64,000 nt of DNA from Pseudomonadota bacterium (GCA_049324415.1 JBMOOS010000015.1:12491-76490), one strand, 5' to 3'; counted from the stretch's first letter, positions 28,859-38,822 are shown. Program-made: numbers and translations. Notes: generated by a model from the sequence alone, not told the origin.

Positions 28859-31103
28859 GCTTCTCCTTGAGCTCCTGTCCGAGGAAATCCCCGCGCGCAT
28901 GCAAGCCCGCGCCTGCGCCGATCTCGAGCGCCTCATCGCCGCGGCGCTCGACGGGGCGGGGCTTGGCCATGACGCCGTCATGGCTTACGCAACGCCGCGC
29001 CGGCTTGCCGTGCATGTCACAGGCCTTCCCCCGGCGCAGGCGGACATCAAGGAGGAGCGCCGCGGCCCCCGCGTCGACGCCGGCCCCCAGGCGATCGCCG
29101 GCTTTTTGAAGTCGGTCGGCCTGCCCCGCGAGGCGCTGGAGGAGCGGGCGGAGAAAAAGGGGCGGTTCCTCTATGCCGTGGTGGAAAGGAAGGGCCGTCC
29201 GACGGCTTTGGTGCTGGCGGATATCCTGCCCGGCGTCATCCGCGCCTTTCCCTGGCCGAAATCGATGCGCTGGGGCGATGGGGCCCTGCGCTGGGTGCGG
29301 CCGCTCACCGCCATCTTGTGCCTGTTCGATGGCGCGGTGGTGCCGTTTGCCCTCGATGGCATGGTCGCCGGCGGGGCGACGCGCGGCCACCGCTTCATGG
29401 CGCCGGGAGTTTTCGAGGTGAAAGACTTCGCCGACTATCGGGCCAAGCTCGAGGAGGCTTATGTCCTTCTCGACCCGGAAGCGCGCAAGGGGCAAATCCG
29501 TAAGGAGGCCAAGGCGCTCGCCGTCGTTTCCAAGCTGGCCTTGTGGGAGGATGAGGCGCTCATCGCCGAGAACGCCGGGCTCACCGAATGGCCGGTGGTG
29601 CTGATGGGCGCGTTCGACTCATCCTTCCTCGAAGTGCCGGGGGAGGTGCTGTCCGCCACCATGGGCAAGAACCAGAAATATTTCACCCTTCTCGACCCGC
29701 AAAGCCGCGGCCTTGCCAACAGATTTCTCTGCGTCGCCAATATCGAGGCGCAAGACGGCGGGCGCGCCATCATCAAGGGCAATGAAAAGGTGCTGGCGGC
29801 GCGCTTGGCCGACGCCCAATATTTCTGGCGCGGGGATTTGAAAATCAAGCTTCAAGACCGTTTGCCCAAGCTCGCAGACATCGTGTTCCACGAAAAGCTC
29901 GGCACCGTCGCCGACAAGGCTGAGCGGATGGCGGCGCTGGCGCGCCATCTTGCGCCCTTTTGCAACGCCGACCCAGACCTTGCCGAGCGGGCAGCGCGCC
30001 TTGCCAAGGCCGACCTGGTGTCCGCCATGGTGGGTGAGTTCCCAGAGCTGCAAGGCATCATGGGCGGCTATTATGCGCGCCATCAGGGGGAGGACGCTGG
30101 GCTCGCCCAAGCGATCGAGGAGCATTATGCGCCCAAGGGACCCGAGGACGCATGCCCGACCGCCCCGCTTTCCCTTGCCGTCGCCCTTGCCGACAAGCTC
30201 GACACCCTGGTTGGCTTTTTCAGCATTGACGAGCGGCCCACCGGCTCGAAGGATCCCTATGCGCTGAGGCGGGCGGCGCTGGGCGTCATCCGGCTGATTG
30301 TCGAGAATAATATTAGAATAGAATTGAATGAATTGATAAAAAAAGTTTCATCCATTATCTATGAGGCTAAAATAGATAATCTTGTTGGTGCCCTTCCTGT
30401 TGAAATAGATGATTTTAATATTGTGAAACAAGCACTCCTTCAGCGAGGAGGTGAGGCAATAGAATGGATATCTAATAATAATATAAGGGATATACGCATT
30501 GCCGGTGTTCCAATTTCTATTAACGAAGATTTGGATTCTGGATTTGAAGAAGCTTTTTTATTTTTTGATTTTGAGCCATCTCATTTAATCGACTTTTTCG
30601 CCGACCGCCTCAAGGTGCAGCAGCGCGACAAGGGGGTGGCGCACGACCACATCGACGCCGTCTTCTCCCTCGGCGGCGAGGACGACCTGGTGCGCCTTCT
30701 CAAAAGGGTCGAAGCGTTAACCGGGTTTCTCAAAACCGAGGACGGGGCCAATCTTCTCACCGGCTACCGCCGCGCCGCCAACATCGTGAGGATTGAGGAA
30801 AAAAAGGACGGCCGCGCTTATGACGGCGCGGTTGACGCGGCGCGGCTGGCGGCGCCCGAGGAAGTGGCGCTGTTCGAAAGGCTGGGCGCGGCGCGCGGCG
30901 CCCTCGAGGCCGCGATGAAGGTCGAGGACTTTCCGCAAGCGATGCGCGCGCTCAGCGCCTTGCGCGGCCCTCTCGATGCGTTTTTCGAGGGCGTCACCGT
31001 CAATGCCGAGGATGCCGGCTTGCGGCAAAACCGGCTCAATCTTCTGTCGCAAATCCGCCGGGTCATGCACCTGGTGGTGGATTTCGCAAAAATCGAAGGC
31101 TAG
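28851..31103 (+). CDS. glyS: glycine--tRNA ligase beta subunit (with atypical AT-rich internal segment)
   Basis: [18 protein letters not shown] start and 8-nt overlap with glyQ. 750 aa, which is long for GlyS as I remember it. Confidence 0.95.
30305..30592 (+). other. in-frame low-GC patch inside glyS
   Basis: Hand count: 95 G+C in 30301-30600 (about 32%), against 42/60 and 43/60 in the flanking 60-nt lines. Codon usage switches to AGA/ATA/AAT/GAT/TTA. Confidence 0.9.
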
Positions 31104-31112
31104 GGGGCAGCC

Positions 31113-33776
31113 ATGGCGAAATGGGTCTACAGCTTCGGCGGCGGCACGGCGCAAGGCCGGGCCGACATGCGCAATCTCCTCGGCGGCAAGGGCGCCAATC
31201 TTGCGGAAATGGCGACGCTTGGCCTGCCGGTGCCGCCGGGTTTCACCATCACCACCGAGGTCTGCACCTATTTCTACGCCCATGACCGGCGTTATCCGCC
31301 CGAATTGGCCGCCGCCGTCGAAGCCGCGGTCCGCCATATCGAGGCGCATGTGGGCGCCGGTTTTGGCGATGCGCGGAACCCGCTGCTTGTCTCGGTACGC
31401 TCGGGGGCGCGGGTGTCGATGCCGGGGATGATGGACACCGTCCTTAACCTCGGCCTTAACGACGAGACCGTGGCGGGCCTTGCCGCCGCCGCCGGCGATG
31501 CGCGCTTTGCCTATGACAGCTATCGCCGCTTCATCCAGATGTATGCCGACGTGGTGTTGGGGGTCGATCACTATCATTTCGAGGAGCTGATCGAGCTTTA
31601 CAAGGAAGACAAGGGCGTCACTCTCGACACCGAGCTTGATGCCGAGGATTGGCAAAGCCTCATCGCCCAGTTCAAGGCCAAGGTTGAGGAAACCCTTGGC
31701 GCGCCTTTCCCGCAGGATGTCAAGGACCAGCTCTGGGGCGCCATCGGCGCGGTCTTTTCCTCCTGGCAGGTGGAGCGGGCCAAGGTCTATCGCCGGCTTC
31801 ACGCCATCCCAGAGGATTGGGGCACGGCGGTCAACGTCCAGGCCATGGTGTTCGGCAATATGGGAGAGACCTCGGCGACCGGGGTCGCCTTCACCCGCGA
31901 CCCCTCGACCGGCGAGAAGGCGATCTACGGCGAGTATCTCATCAACGCCCAGGGCGAGGACGTGGTCGCCGGCATCCGCACCCCGCAATATCTGACCAAG
32001 GCGGCGCGCCTGGCGGCCGGCGCCAAGGCCCCGGCGATGGAAGAGACCATGCCCGAGGTCTTCGCCGAGCTTGTCGAGGTGTTCCAGCGGCTGGAGCGCC
32101 ATTATCGCGACATGCAGGACATCGAGTTCACGGTGCAGAAGGGCACGCTGTGGATGCTGCAGACCCGCGCCGGCAAGCGCACGGCGCGGGCGGCGCTCAA
32201 AGTCGCCGTCGACATGGCGGGCGAGGGGCTGATCAGCCGCGAGGAAGCGGTGTTGCGCATCGACCCGGCGGCGCTCGACCAGCTCCTCCACCCCACCCTC
32301 GACCCCGAGGCGGCGCGCGAGATCATCACCTCCGGCCTGCCCGCTTCGCCCGGCGCCGCTTCGGGTCACGTGGTGTTCGACGCCGACGAGGCGGAGCGGC
32401 AAGCGAAAAACCACCCGGTCATCCTGGTCCGGGTCGAGACCAGCCCCGAGGATATCCACGGCATGCACGCCGCCAAGGGGATCCTCACCAGCCGCGGCGG
32501 CATGACCAGCCATGCCGCGGTGGTCGCCCGCGGCATGGGCCGGCCGTGCGTCTCGGGCGCCGGCGCCCTCAACATCGACATGACGGCGCGCGTCATGCGC
32601 TGCGGCCCCCATGAAGTGAAGGAGGGCGATGTCATCACCATCGATGGCGGCACCGGGCAAGTCATGCTGGGCGCGGTGCCGACCATCGAGCCGGCGCTTT
32701 CCGGCGACTTCGCGACCTTGATGGAATGGGCCGACGCCAAGCGCCGCCTGCGGGTGCGCACCAACGCCGACACCCCGGCCGACTGCCGCACCGCGCGCGG
32801 CTTCGGCGCCGAGGGTATTGGCCTGTGCCGCACCGAGCATATGTTTTTCGACGCCGACCGCATCCTTGCGGTGCGCGAGATGATCCTGGCCGAGGACGAA
32901 ACGGCGCGGCGCAAGGCGCTGGCCAAGCTGTTGCCGGCGCAGCGCCAGGATTTCGTCGAGATTTTCAAGATCATGAAGGGCCTGCCGGTCACCATTCGTC
33001 TGCTTGACCCTCCTTTGCATGAATTCCTGCCCCATGAGGAGGCGGACTTCGCGGCGCTCGCCGCCGTCATCGGCAGCACCGCCGACAAGGTGCGCCAGCG
33101 CGCCAGCGAACTGCATGAGTTCAATCCCATGCTGGGCCATCGCGGCTGCCGCCTGGGCATCACCTATCCGGAAATCTACGAGATGCAGGCGCAGGCGATT
33201 TTCGAGGCGGCGGTCGCCGTCGCCGGGGAAACTGGGGAGAGCGTGACCCCGGAAGTGATGATCCCGCTGGTCGCCACCGCGAGGGAGCTGGAGCTCATCA
33301 AGGCGCGCATCGTCGGTGAGGCGGAAAAAGTCTTCGCCGCCAAGGGGCGCACGCTCGACTATCTGGTGGGCACCATGATCGAATTGCCCCGCGCCGCCTT
33401 GTGCGCTGGCGACATCGCTAAGGAAGCGGCGTTCTTCTCCTTCGGCACCAATGATTTGACGCAGACCACCCTTGGCATCAGCCGCGATGACGCCGGACGT
33501 TTCCTCATGCCTTATGTGGAAAAAGGGATTTATCCCAGAGATCCCTTTGTCTCCATCGACATCGCGGGGGTTGGCGCCCTCATCGAGATCGCGGCGACGC
33601 GCGGCCGCGCCGCCCGCCCCGGCTTGAAGCTCGGCATCTGCGGCGAGCATGGCGGCGACCCCGCCTCCATCGCCTTTTGCGAGACCCTCGGCCTCGACTA
33701 TGTGTCGTGCTCGCCCTATCGGGTGCCGATCGCCCGGCTGGCGGCGGCGCAAGCAGCCTTGAAGCGCGATGACTGA
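31113..33776 (+). CDS. ppdK: pyruvate, phosphate dikinase
   Basis: 887 aa with the phosphohistidine motif GGMTSHAAVVARG and a PEP-utilising C-domain. Confidence 0.96.
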   Translation: MAKWVYSFGGGTAQGRADMRNLLGGKGANLAEMATLGLPVPPGFTITTEVCTYFYAHDRRYPPELAAAVEAAVRHIEAHVGAGFGDARNPLLVSVRSGARVSMPGMMDTVLNLGLNDETVAGLAAAAGDARFAYDSYRRFIQMYADVVLGVDHYHFEELIELYKEDKGVTLDTELDAEDWQSLIAQFKAKVEETLGAPFPQDVKDQLWGAIGAVFSSWQVERAKVYRRLHAIPEDWGTAVNVQAMVFGNMGETSATGVAFTRDPSTGEKAIYGEYLINAQGEDVVAGIRTPQYLTKAARLAAGAKAPAMEETMPEVFAELVEVFQRLERHYRDMQDIEFTVQKGTLWMLQTRAGKRTARAALKVAVDMAGEGLISREEAVLRIDPAALDQLLHPTLDPEAAREIITSGLPASPGAASGHVVFDADEAERQAKNHPVILVRVETSPEDIHGMHAAKGILTSRGGMTSHAAVVARGMGRPCVSGAGALNIDMTARVMRCGPHEVKEGDVITIDGGTGQVMLGAVPTIEPALSGDFATLMEWADAKRRLRVRTNADTPADCRTARGFGAEGIGLCRTEHMFFDADRILAVREMILAEDETARRKALAKLLPAQRQDFVEIFKIMKGLPVTIRLLDPPLHEFLPHEEADFAALAAVIGSTADKVRQRASELHEFNPMLGHRGCRLGITYPEIYEMQAQAIFEAAVAVAGETGESVTPEVMIPLVATARELELIKARIVGEAEKVFAAKGRTLDYLVGTMIELPRAALCAGDIAKEAAFFSFGTNDLTQTTLGISRDDAGRFLMPYVEKGIYPRDPFVSIDIAGVGALIEIAATRGRAARPGLKLGICGEHGGDPASIAFCETLGLDYVSCSPYRVPIARLAAAQAALKRDD

Positions 33777-35196
33777 GAGCATCGCCCCGCTCACCCTCGA
33801 TGAGGAAAGCATGCGGCGGCTGGGCTATGGGGTGGTCGACGCCCTGGTCCGCCACTTCGCCACCTTGAAAGACCGCTCCATCGTCGCGCAAGTCCCCCTC
33901 GCCACGCTCAAGGCCTATTTCGCCCAGCCTTTTACCGAGGATGGCCGCGATCCCATGAGCGTGTGGGAGGAGGTGCGGACCCACGTCATCCCCGGGGTCA
34001 TGCGCACTGGCCATCCCCGCTTTTTCGGCTATATCCCGACGCCGTCCAATTTCGTGTCGGCCATGGCCGATGCGCTGATCGCCGGCCTCAACGTCTTTGC
34101 CGGCGTCGCCCAGGCCAACGAGGCGGCCAGCCTCATCGAAGTGGAAACGGTGCGCTGGCTCGCCCGCGAAGTGGGTCTGCCGGACGGAGCGGGGGGCATG
34201 GTCCATGCCGGCGGCTCGCTCGCCAACCTTGCCGGGCTGGCGGTGGCGCGGGAGGTGCATCTTGGCGGACCGGATCCGCGCGCCGTCGTCTATATGGGCG
34301 AGGAGACCCATAGCTGCATTGCGCGGGCGCTCCAGGTGCTGGGCTTTACTAAGGCCCGGATCCGCCTCATCGACAGCGATCCTCATTTTCGCATCGATGC
34401 CGCCAAGCTTGCCCACGCCATCGCCGCCGACAAGGCTGCGGGCCTCAACCCCGCGATCATCGCCGCCTCCGCCGGCACCACCAATGTCGGCGCCATAGAC
34501 CCCCTGGACAGGCTTGCGGATTTGGCTGGCGCCCATGGCCTGTGGCTCCATGTGGACGGCGCCTATGGCGGGGCGGCGGCGCTGACCGAGGAAGGCAAGG
34601 CGAAGCTTGCCGGCATCGCCCGGGCGGACAGTCTCGTCATCGATGGCCATAAATGGCTGTTCCAGCCGATCGAATGCTCGCTTCTCCTGGTGCGCCAGCG
34701 CGATTGGCTCGCCGCCGCCTTCCGCCGCGTGCCCGCCTATATGCAGGACAGCGATTCAGAGGACCCCGACCTTCCCAATTACCGCGATTTGGGGCTGCAG
34801 ACCTCGCGCGCCCTGCGGGCCTTCAAATTATGGCTGTCGCTCAAGGTTTTCGGGCTGGCCGCCTTCCGCGGGGCCATCGCCCAGGGTTTCGAGCTCGCCC
34901 GCTTCACCGCCGCCGAAGTGGCGCGCCGCCCCCATTGGCGCTTGATGGCGCCAGCCGATTTCGGCATCGCCGTCTTCCGCTATGAAAAGCCTGGTCTTAA
35001 CGCTGCGGGAAACGACGCCCTCAATCAGGCGATCACCCTTGCGCTTTTGAAAAGCGGCTATGCCCTGGTCAGCACCACGGAATTACTGGGGCGCAGGGTG
35101 ATTCGCCTGGCGCCCATCCACCCGGCGGCGACGCGGGAGGATATCATCGCCACCCTCGACCGGCTGGAGGCCTTCGCCGCCGCCCACCAAGGCTAA
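33769..35196 (+). CDS. pyridoxal-dependent (group II) amino-acid decarboxylase
   Basis: HPRFFGYIP, GGSLANL, and the PLP-lysine motif DGHKWLFQP. ATG overlaps the ppdK end by 8 nt. Confidence 0.85.
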   Translation: MTESIAPLTLDEESMRRLGYGVVDALVRHFATLKDRSIVAQVPLATLKAYFAQPFTEDGRDPMSVWEEVRTHVIPGVMRTGHPRFFGYIPTPSNFVSAMADALIAGLNVFAGVAQANEAASLIEVETVRWLAREVGLPDGAGGMVHAGGSLANLAGLAVAREVHLGGPDPRAVVYMGEETHSCIARALQVLGFTKARIRLIDSDPHFRIDAAKLAHAIAADKAAGLNPAIIAASAGTTNVGAIDPLDRLADLAGAHGLWLHVDGAYGGAAALTEEGKAKLAGIARADSLVIDGHKWLFQPIECSLLLVRQRDWLAAAFRRVPAYMQDSDSEDPDLPNYRDLGLQTSRALRAFKLWLSLKVFGLAAFRGAIAQGFELARFTAAEVARRPHWRLMAPADFGIAVFRYEKPGLNAAGNDALNQAITLALLKSGYALVSTTELLGRRVIRLAPIHPAATREDIIATLDRLEAFAAAHQG

Positions 35197-35810
35197 CGCC
35201 GGGCAAGGGCGAGGCCCAAGGCGGCGACGCCCAGGCACGAGGCGGCGACCCGGTTTTTCACCCGCGCCGCCCGGCGGGTGGCAAAGTAGGGCCGCAGCCG
35301 CGCCGCCGCCAGGCCATAGCCGCTATCAAGGCAAAAGGCGATCGCAAGATAGCTCAAGCTCAACAGCGCCATCTGCCCCGGCACCGGCCGGGCGGGATCG
35401 ATGAATTGGGGAAGGAAGGCGGCGAAGAAAAGCAGCGTCTTGGGGTTGGTCGCCGCCACCATGGCGCCTTCCAGAAACAGGCGTTTGTGGGGCGCTTGTT
35501 GTGTCTCTATGTCATCGAGGATGATGCTTGGCGAGCGCCACTGGCGATAGGCGAGGTAGCCGAGATAGGCAACGCCGAGCCAGCGCAACAGTTCGAACCA
35601 CCGGGCAAAGAGGGCGATCGCCGTCGTCATGCCGGCGATCACCAACGCAAGAGAAAAAGCCTGCGCCAGGGTGGTGCCGAGCACGGTCGCCATGGCGGCG
35701 CGCCGGCCGTGGCCGAGCGCCCGGGCGATGATGAGCGTCACATTGGGCCCGGGGATAGCGACGACGATGACGCTGGCCAGGAGAAAGGCGATGTAGAGTT
35801 CAAGGCTCAT
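35193..35810 (-). CDS. LysE/RhtB family amino-acid exporter
   Basis: 205-aa multi-TM protein with N-terminal AIPGPNVTLII. Confidence 0.85.
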   Translation of the reverse strand: MSLELYIAFLLASVIVVAIPGPNVTLIIARALGHGRRAAMATVLGTTLAQAFSLALVIAGMTTAIALFARWFELLRWLGVAYLGYLAYRQWRSPSIILDDIETQQAPHKRLFLEGAMVAATNPKTLLFFAAFLPQFIDPARPVPGQMALLSLSYLAIAFCLDSGYGLAAARLRPYFATRRAARVKNRVAASCLGVAALGLALARR

Positions 35811-35821
35811 GGATTGGAGGC

Positions 35822-35920
35822 CTAGCTCGCGTAGACCATCAAGGCGATGAAGGCCACCGCCGCGACGGCCAGGGCGAGGATGAGCTTTTTATCCAGTCCC
35901 TTGGGCTTGTGCTTGGCCAT
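35822..35920 (-). CDS. possible 32-aa single-pass membrane peptide (below the ORF-track cutoff)
   Basis: GGAGGAAG lies 6 nt upstream of the ATG. Translation MAKHKPKGLDKKLILALAVAAVAFIALMVYAS: a Lys-rich head followed by one hydrophobic helix. Confidence 0.4.
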   Translation of the reverse strand: MAKHKPKGLDKKLILALAVAAVAFIALMVYAS

Positions 35921-35961
35921 CGGCGCTTCCTCCAGGCGTGGCGGTTGACGCCAAGACTAAC

Positions 35962-36831
35962 CTAAAGAAAGGGTGCCAGCCAATCGGGAATGTCCGGCAT
36001 GAGGGTGGCGCCAGCGCAAGAAAAAGGCGCTTTATCGAGGTCATCGAGGCGCAGAAGGGCGAGCCCGCGCTTTTCATATGCGCTTTTCATCACCCCCACT
36101 TCGCGCCCATGGCTTAGGATGGGCGCGCCAGGGGGCGGCGCCTCGCCCCCGATAGCGACCGGGACGAGGCGCTTGCGCACCTTGCCGCGATGCTTCATGC
36201 GCGCCGTCAGCTCCTGGCCGACATAGCAGCCCTTGGTGAAATCGACGCCGTTGAGCGGCTCGATATTGGCTTCGAGGATGAGGCTGCGCTCCACATCGAT
36301 GTCTCGCCCGCCATCGGGAAGGCCAAGGCAAAGGCGCAGGCGCTCATAGGCGCCTTCCCCCGCCTCCGCAAAGGCCGGCGTGGTGTCCCCCGGCAAAATC
36401 AAGCGCGCGCCCATGGCGGCAAGCCTGGGGTCGATGAAGGCAACGCCCCCTTCATAACCGCGCGCGGCGCCCGGCGCGCTGTTAAGGGCAAGGGCCGCCG
36501 CCGCTTCGTCGCCCAGCACCGCCCAGACCTGATGGGTGCCGCTCAAATCGGCGATGTCCACCTTGGCGCGCAGCTTGTAAAGCTTAAGGCGCTGGACAAG
36601 GTCGCCAAGGCGCGCCCCTTCGCCCTCCAGTAACAGATCTTCGTCCTCGCCAACGAGGAAGAAATCGAAAAGATACTTGCCCTGCGCCGTCAACAGCGCG
36701 GCGTAAATGGCGTGGGCGTCGTCGGCGCGGGCGACGTCATTTGTGACAAGGCCTTGCAGGAAGGCCCGCATATCGGGCCCCGTAAGACGCAAGACCCCGC
36801 GCGCGGGCAAGCGGACCGCGGTCGCTGGCAT
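35962..36831 (-). CDS. ygfZ: folate-binding protein YgfZ (aminomethyltransferase-like)
   Basis: Hallmark FTKGCYVGQELTARMKHRG. ATG 36831 is preceded by GGGAGGGAAG. Confidence 0.85.
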   Translation of the reverse strand: MPATAVRLPARGVLRLTGPDMRAFLQGLVTNDVARADDAHAIYAALLTAQGKYLFDFFLVGEDEDLLLEGEGARLGDLVQRLKLYKLRAKVDIADLSGTHQVWAVLGDEAAAALALNSAPGAARGYEGGVAFIDPRLAAMGARLILPGDTTPAFAEAGEGAYERLRLCLGLPDGGRDIDVERSLILEANIEPLNGVDFTKGCYVGQELTARMKHRGKVRKRLVPVAIGGEAPPPGAPILSHGREVGVMKSAYEKRGLALLRLDDLDKAPFSCAGATLMPDIPDWLAPFL

Positions 36832-36929
36832 GGTCTTCCCTCCCGCCTGCATCTTCACCTCGTGCCCCGAATCGTTAAGTTCGCTGGCGAGCGCGCCCCC
36901 AAATATAGCGAACTTAACGAGCAGGGACA

Positions 36930-37050
36930 CCAGTGGTCCGCCCCAAACGGATAAATCCCTCCGTTTGGGAGAAGTGGACCACTAAGTTATTGAATCTGTG
37001 GTGCGATTTCTCCAACAGATGGGAACCATCCGTTGGAATCGCACCACTAG
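36930..37050 (+). repeat. 121-nt double-hairpin intergenic element, copy 4 (left terminus CCAG instead of CTAG)
   Basis: Collinear with copy 3, about 9 mismatches and no indels. Lies between divergent ygfZ and pyrC. Confidence 0.9.
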
Positions 37051-37132
37051 GAGATAGGCGGGATAAGAAACAAAAACAAGCCTTGAAAAGCGCTTTGGTC
37101 TGGCGCGCGCACCCCCTATAAGGGCAAAACAT

Positions 37133-38476
37133 ATGGCCGAGACATTCGATCTCATCATCAAGGGCGCGACCTGCGTGTCGCACGCCGGCAGCGGCATCGC
37201 CGATGTGGGGGTGCGCTCAGGTCAAACGGCGGCGCTCGGCGATCTCTCCCATGCGGCGGCGGCGGCGACCATCGACGCCAAGGGGCTCCATCTGATCCCC
37301 GGGGTCATCGACACCCAGGTCCATTTTCGCGAGCCGGGCAACGAGCATAAGGAGGATTTGCACAGCGGCTCGCGGGCGGCGGTCCTGGGCGGCGTCACCG
37401 CGGTGTTCGAAATGCCCAACACCAAGCCGGCGACCACCACCGCCGAGGCGCTTGCCGACAAACTGGCGCGCGCCCGTGGCCGCATGTGGTGCGATCACGC
37501 CTTTTATGTCGGGGCCACCGCTGAGAATATCGAGGAGCTGGCGCGCCTCGAGGCCGTGCCCGGCTGCTGCGGGGTGAAGATCTTCATGGGCGCTTCGACC
37601 GGCGACTTGCTGGTCGCCGACGACGCCAGCCTCGAAGCGGCGTTGCGCAACGGCCGGCGCCGGGTCGCCATCCACGCCGAAGACAACGCCCGGCTGGAGG
37701 CGCGCAAGGCCATCGCCCAGTCGGGCGATGTCGCCGATCACCCGCGCTGGCGCGACGACGAGACCGCCCTGCTGGCGACCCAGCGCGCCATCGCCGCCGC
37801 CCGCCGCGCCCGGCGGCGGGTGCACATTCTCCACGTCACGACGCCTCAAGAATTGGCCTTTTTAAGCCAGCACAAGGATATCGCGACGGTCGAGGTGACG
37901 CCGCAGCACCTCACCCTTGGCGCGCCGGACTGCTATCAAAGACTGGGCACACGGGCGCAGATGAACCCGCCGATCCGCAGCAACGCCCATCGCGACGGCC
38001 TGTGGCGCTGGCTGCGCCAGGGGGTGGTCGATGTCATCGGTTCCGACCATGCGCCGCACACCCTTGAAGAAAAGGCGAAGGCCTATCCGGCAAGCCCCGC
38101 TGGCATGCCCGGGGTGCAGACCTTGCTGCCCTTGCTCCTCGACCACGCGGCGCAGGGCCGCCTCAGCCTTGAGCACCTCGTGGACTTGACCAGCCACGGC
38201 GCGCATCGGGTATTTGGCCTGCGCGGCAAGGGGCGGCTCGCGCTCGGCTATGACGCGGACTATAGCCTCGTTGACTTGAAGCGCCGCTGGACGGTGGAGA
38301 AGGACTGGCTTGCCAGCAAATGCGGCTGGAGCCCCTTTGAAGGAATGCCGCTGCAGGGTAAGCCCGTCGGCACGATCATTCGCGGCGCCATGGTGATGTG
38401 GGAAGGGGAGCTCGCGCCAGCCCCTGAAGGCGCGCCGATCCGCTTCCAGGAAACACTGACGGGCGATGCGCGCTAA
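37133..38476 (+). CDS. pyrC: dihydroorotase (amidohydrolase superfamily)
   Basis: IPGVIDTQVHFREPG and VIGSDHAPH motifs. 447 aa. Confidence 0.88.
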   Translation: MAETFDLIIKGATCVSHAGSGIADVGVRSGQTAALGDLSHAAAAATIDAKGLHLIPGVIDTQVHFREPGNEHKEDLHSGSRAAVLGGVTAVFEMPNTKPATTTAEALADKLARARGRMWCDHAFYVGATAENIEELARLEAVPGCCGVKIFMGASTGDLLVADDASLEAALRNGRRRVAIHAEDNARLEARKAIAQSGDVADHPRWRDDETALLATQRAIAAARRARRRVHILHVTTPQELAFLSQHKDIATVEVTPQHLTLGAPDCYQRLGTRAQMNPPIRSNAHRDGLWRWLRQGVVDVIGSDHAPHTLEEKAKAYPASPAGMPGVQTLLPLLLDHAAQGRLSLEHLVDLTSHGAHRVFGLRGKGRLALGYDADYSLVDLKRRWTVEKDWLASKCGWSPFEGMPLQGKPVGTIIRGAMVMWEGELAPAPEGAPIRFQETLTGDAR

Positions 38477-38736
38477 TGCACGAGAAGGCTGATCGAGGCG
38501 TATTTCAGCTCTTCCGGCGTGACGCCGTCGCACGGCGCCACCTGGACCGATTCCACCTCGGCGGCGCAATAGGCCTGCCAGGCCTGCAAAAAGCATTTAA
38601 GGACGGGAAATTCCGGCGCCAGGTCCAGCTCCTGCCAGACATAGGTGCCGAAAATGTCCGGGTTTTCCGGGTCGCGATAGACGATCTCGGCGGTGCACAG
38701 GCGATACCCCTCCTGCCACAAATTCGTCGCCGTCAT
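38473..38736 (-). CDS. Usg family protein
   Basis: AEIVYRDPENPDIFGTYVWQELDLAPEFPVLKCFLQAW matches the Usg pattern as I remember it. ATG 38736 is preceded by GGGAGAAG. Confidence 0.7.
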   Translation of the reverse strand: MTATNLWQEGYRLCTAEIVYRDPENPDIFGTYVWQELDLAPEFPVLKCFLQAWQAYCAAEVESVQVAPCDGVTPEELKYASISLLVH

Positions 38737-38822
38737 GACTCTTCTCCCACGCAAGGGGCATTTTGCCCACCCCAGCAGCTTCGCAAGCGCGCCTTAAGAC
38801 TTTGTGAAGAAAAGTTCGCCGG

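Noticed and set aside
30305-30592. Intein or mobile intron as the explanation for the glyS patch
   Set aside because: At about 97 codons it is too short for an intein. It lacks the Cys/Ser N-terminal and His-Asn C-terminal splice residues. The frame continues through conserved GlyS blocks on both sides, so it is not an intron.
30717-33812. 1031-aa ORF on the minus strand
   Set aside because: It is entirely antisense to ppdK, which is identified beyond doubt. The translation is Arg/Gly/Ala-rich and low in complexity, as is typical of open antisense frames in high-GC DNA.
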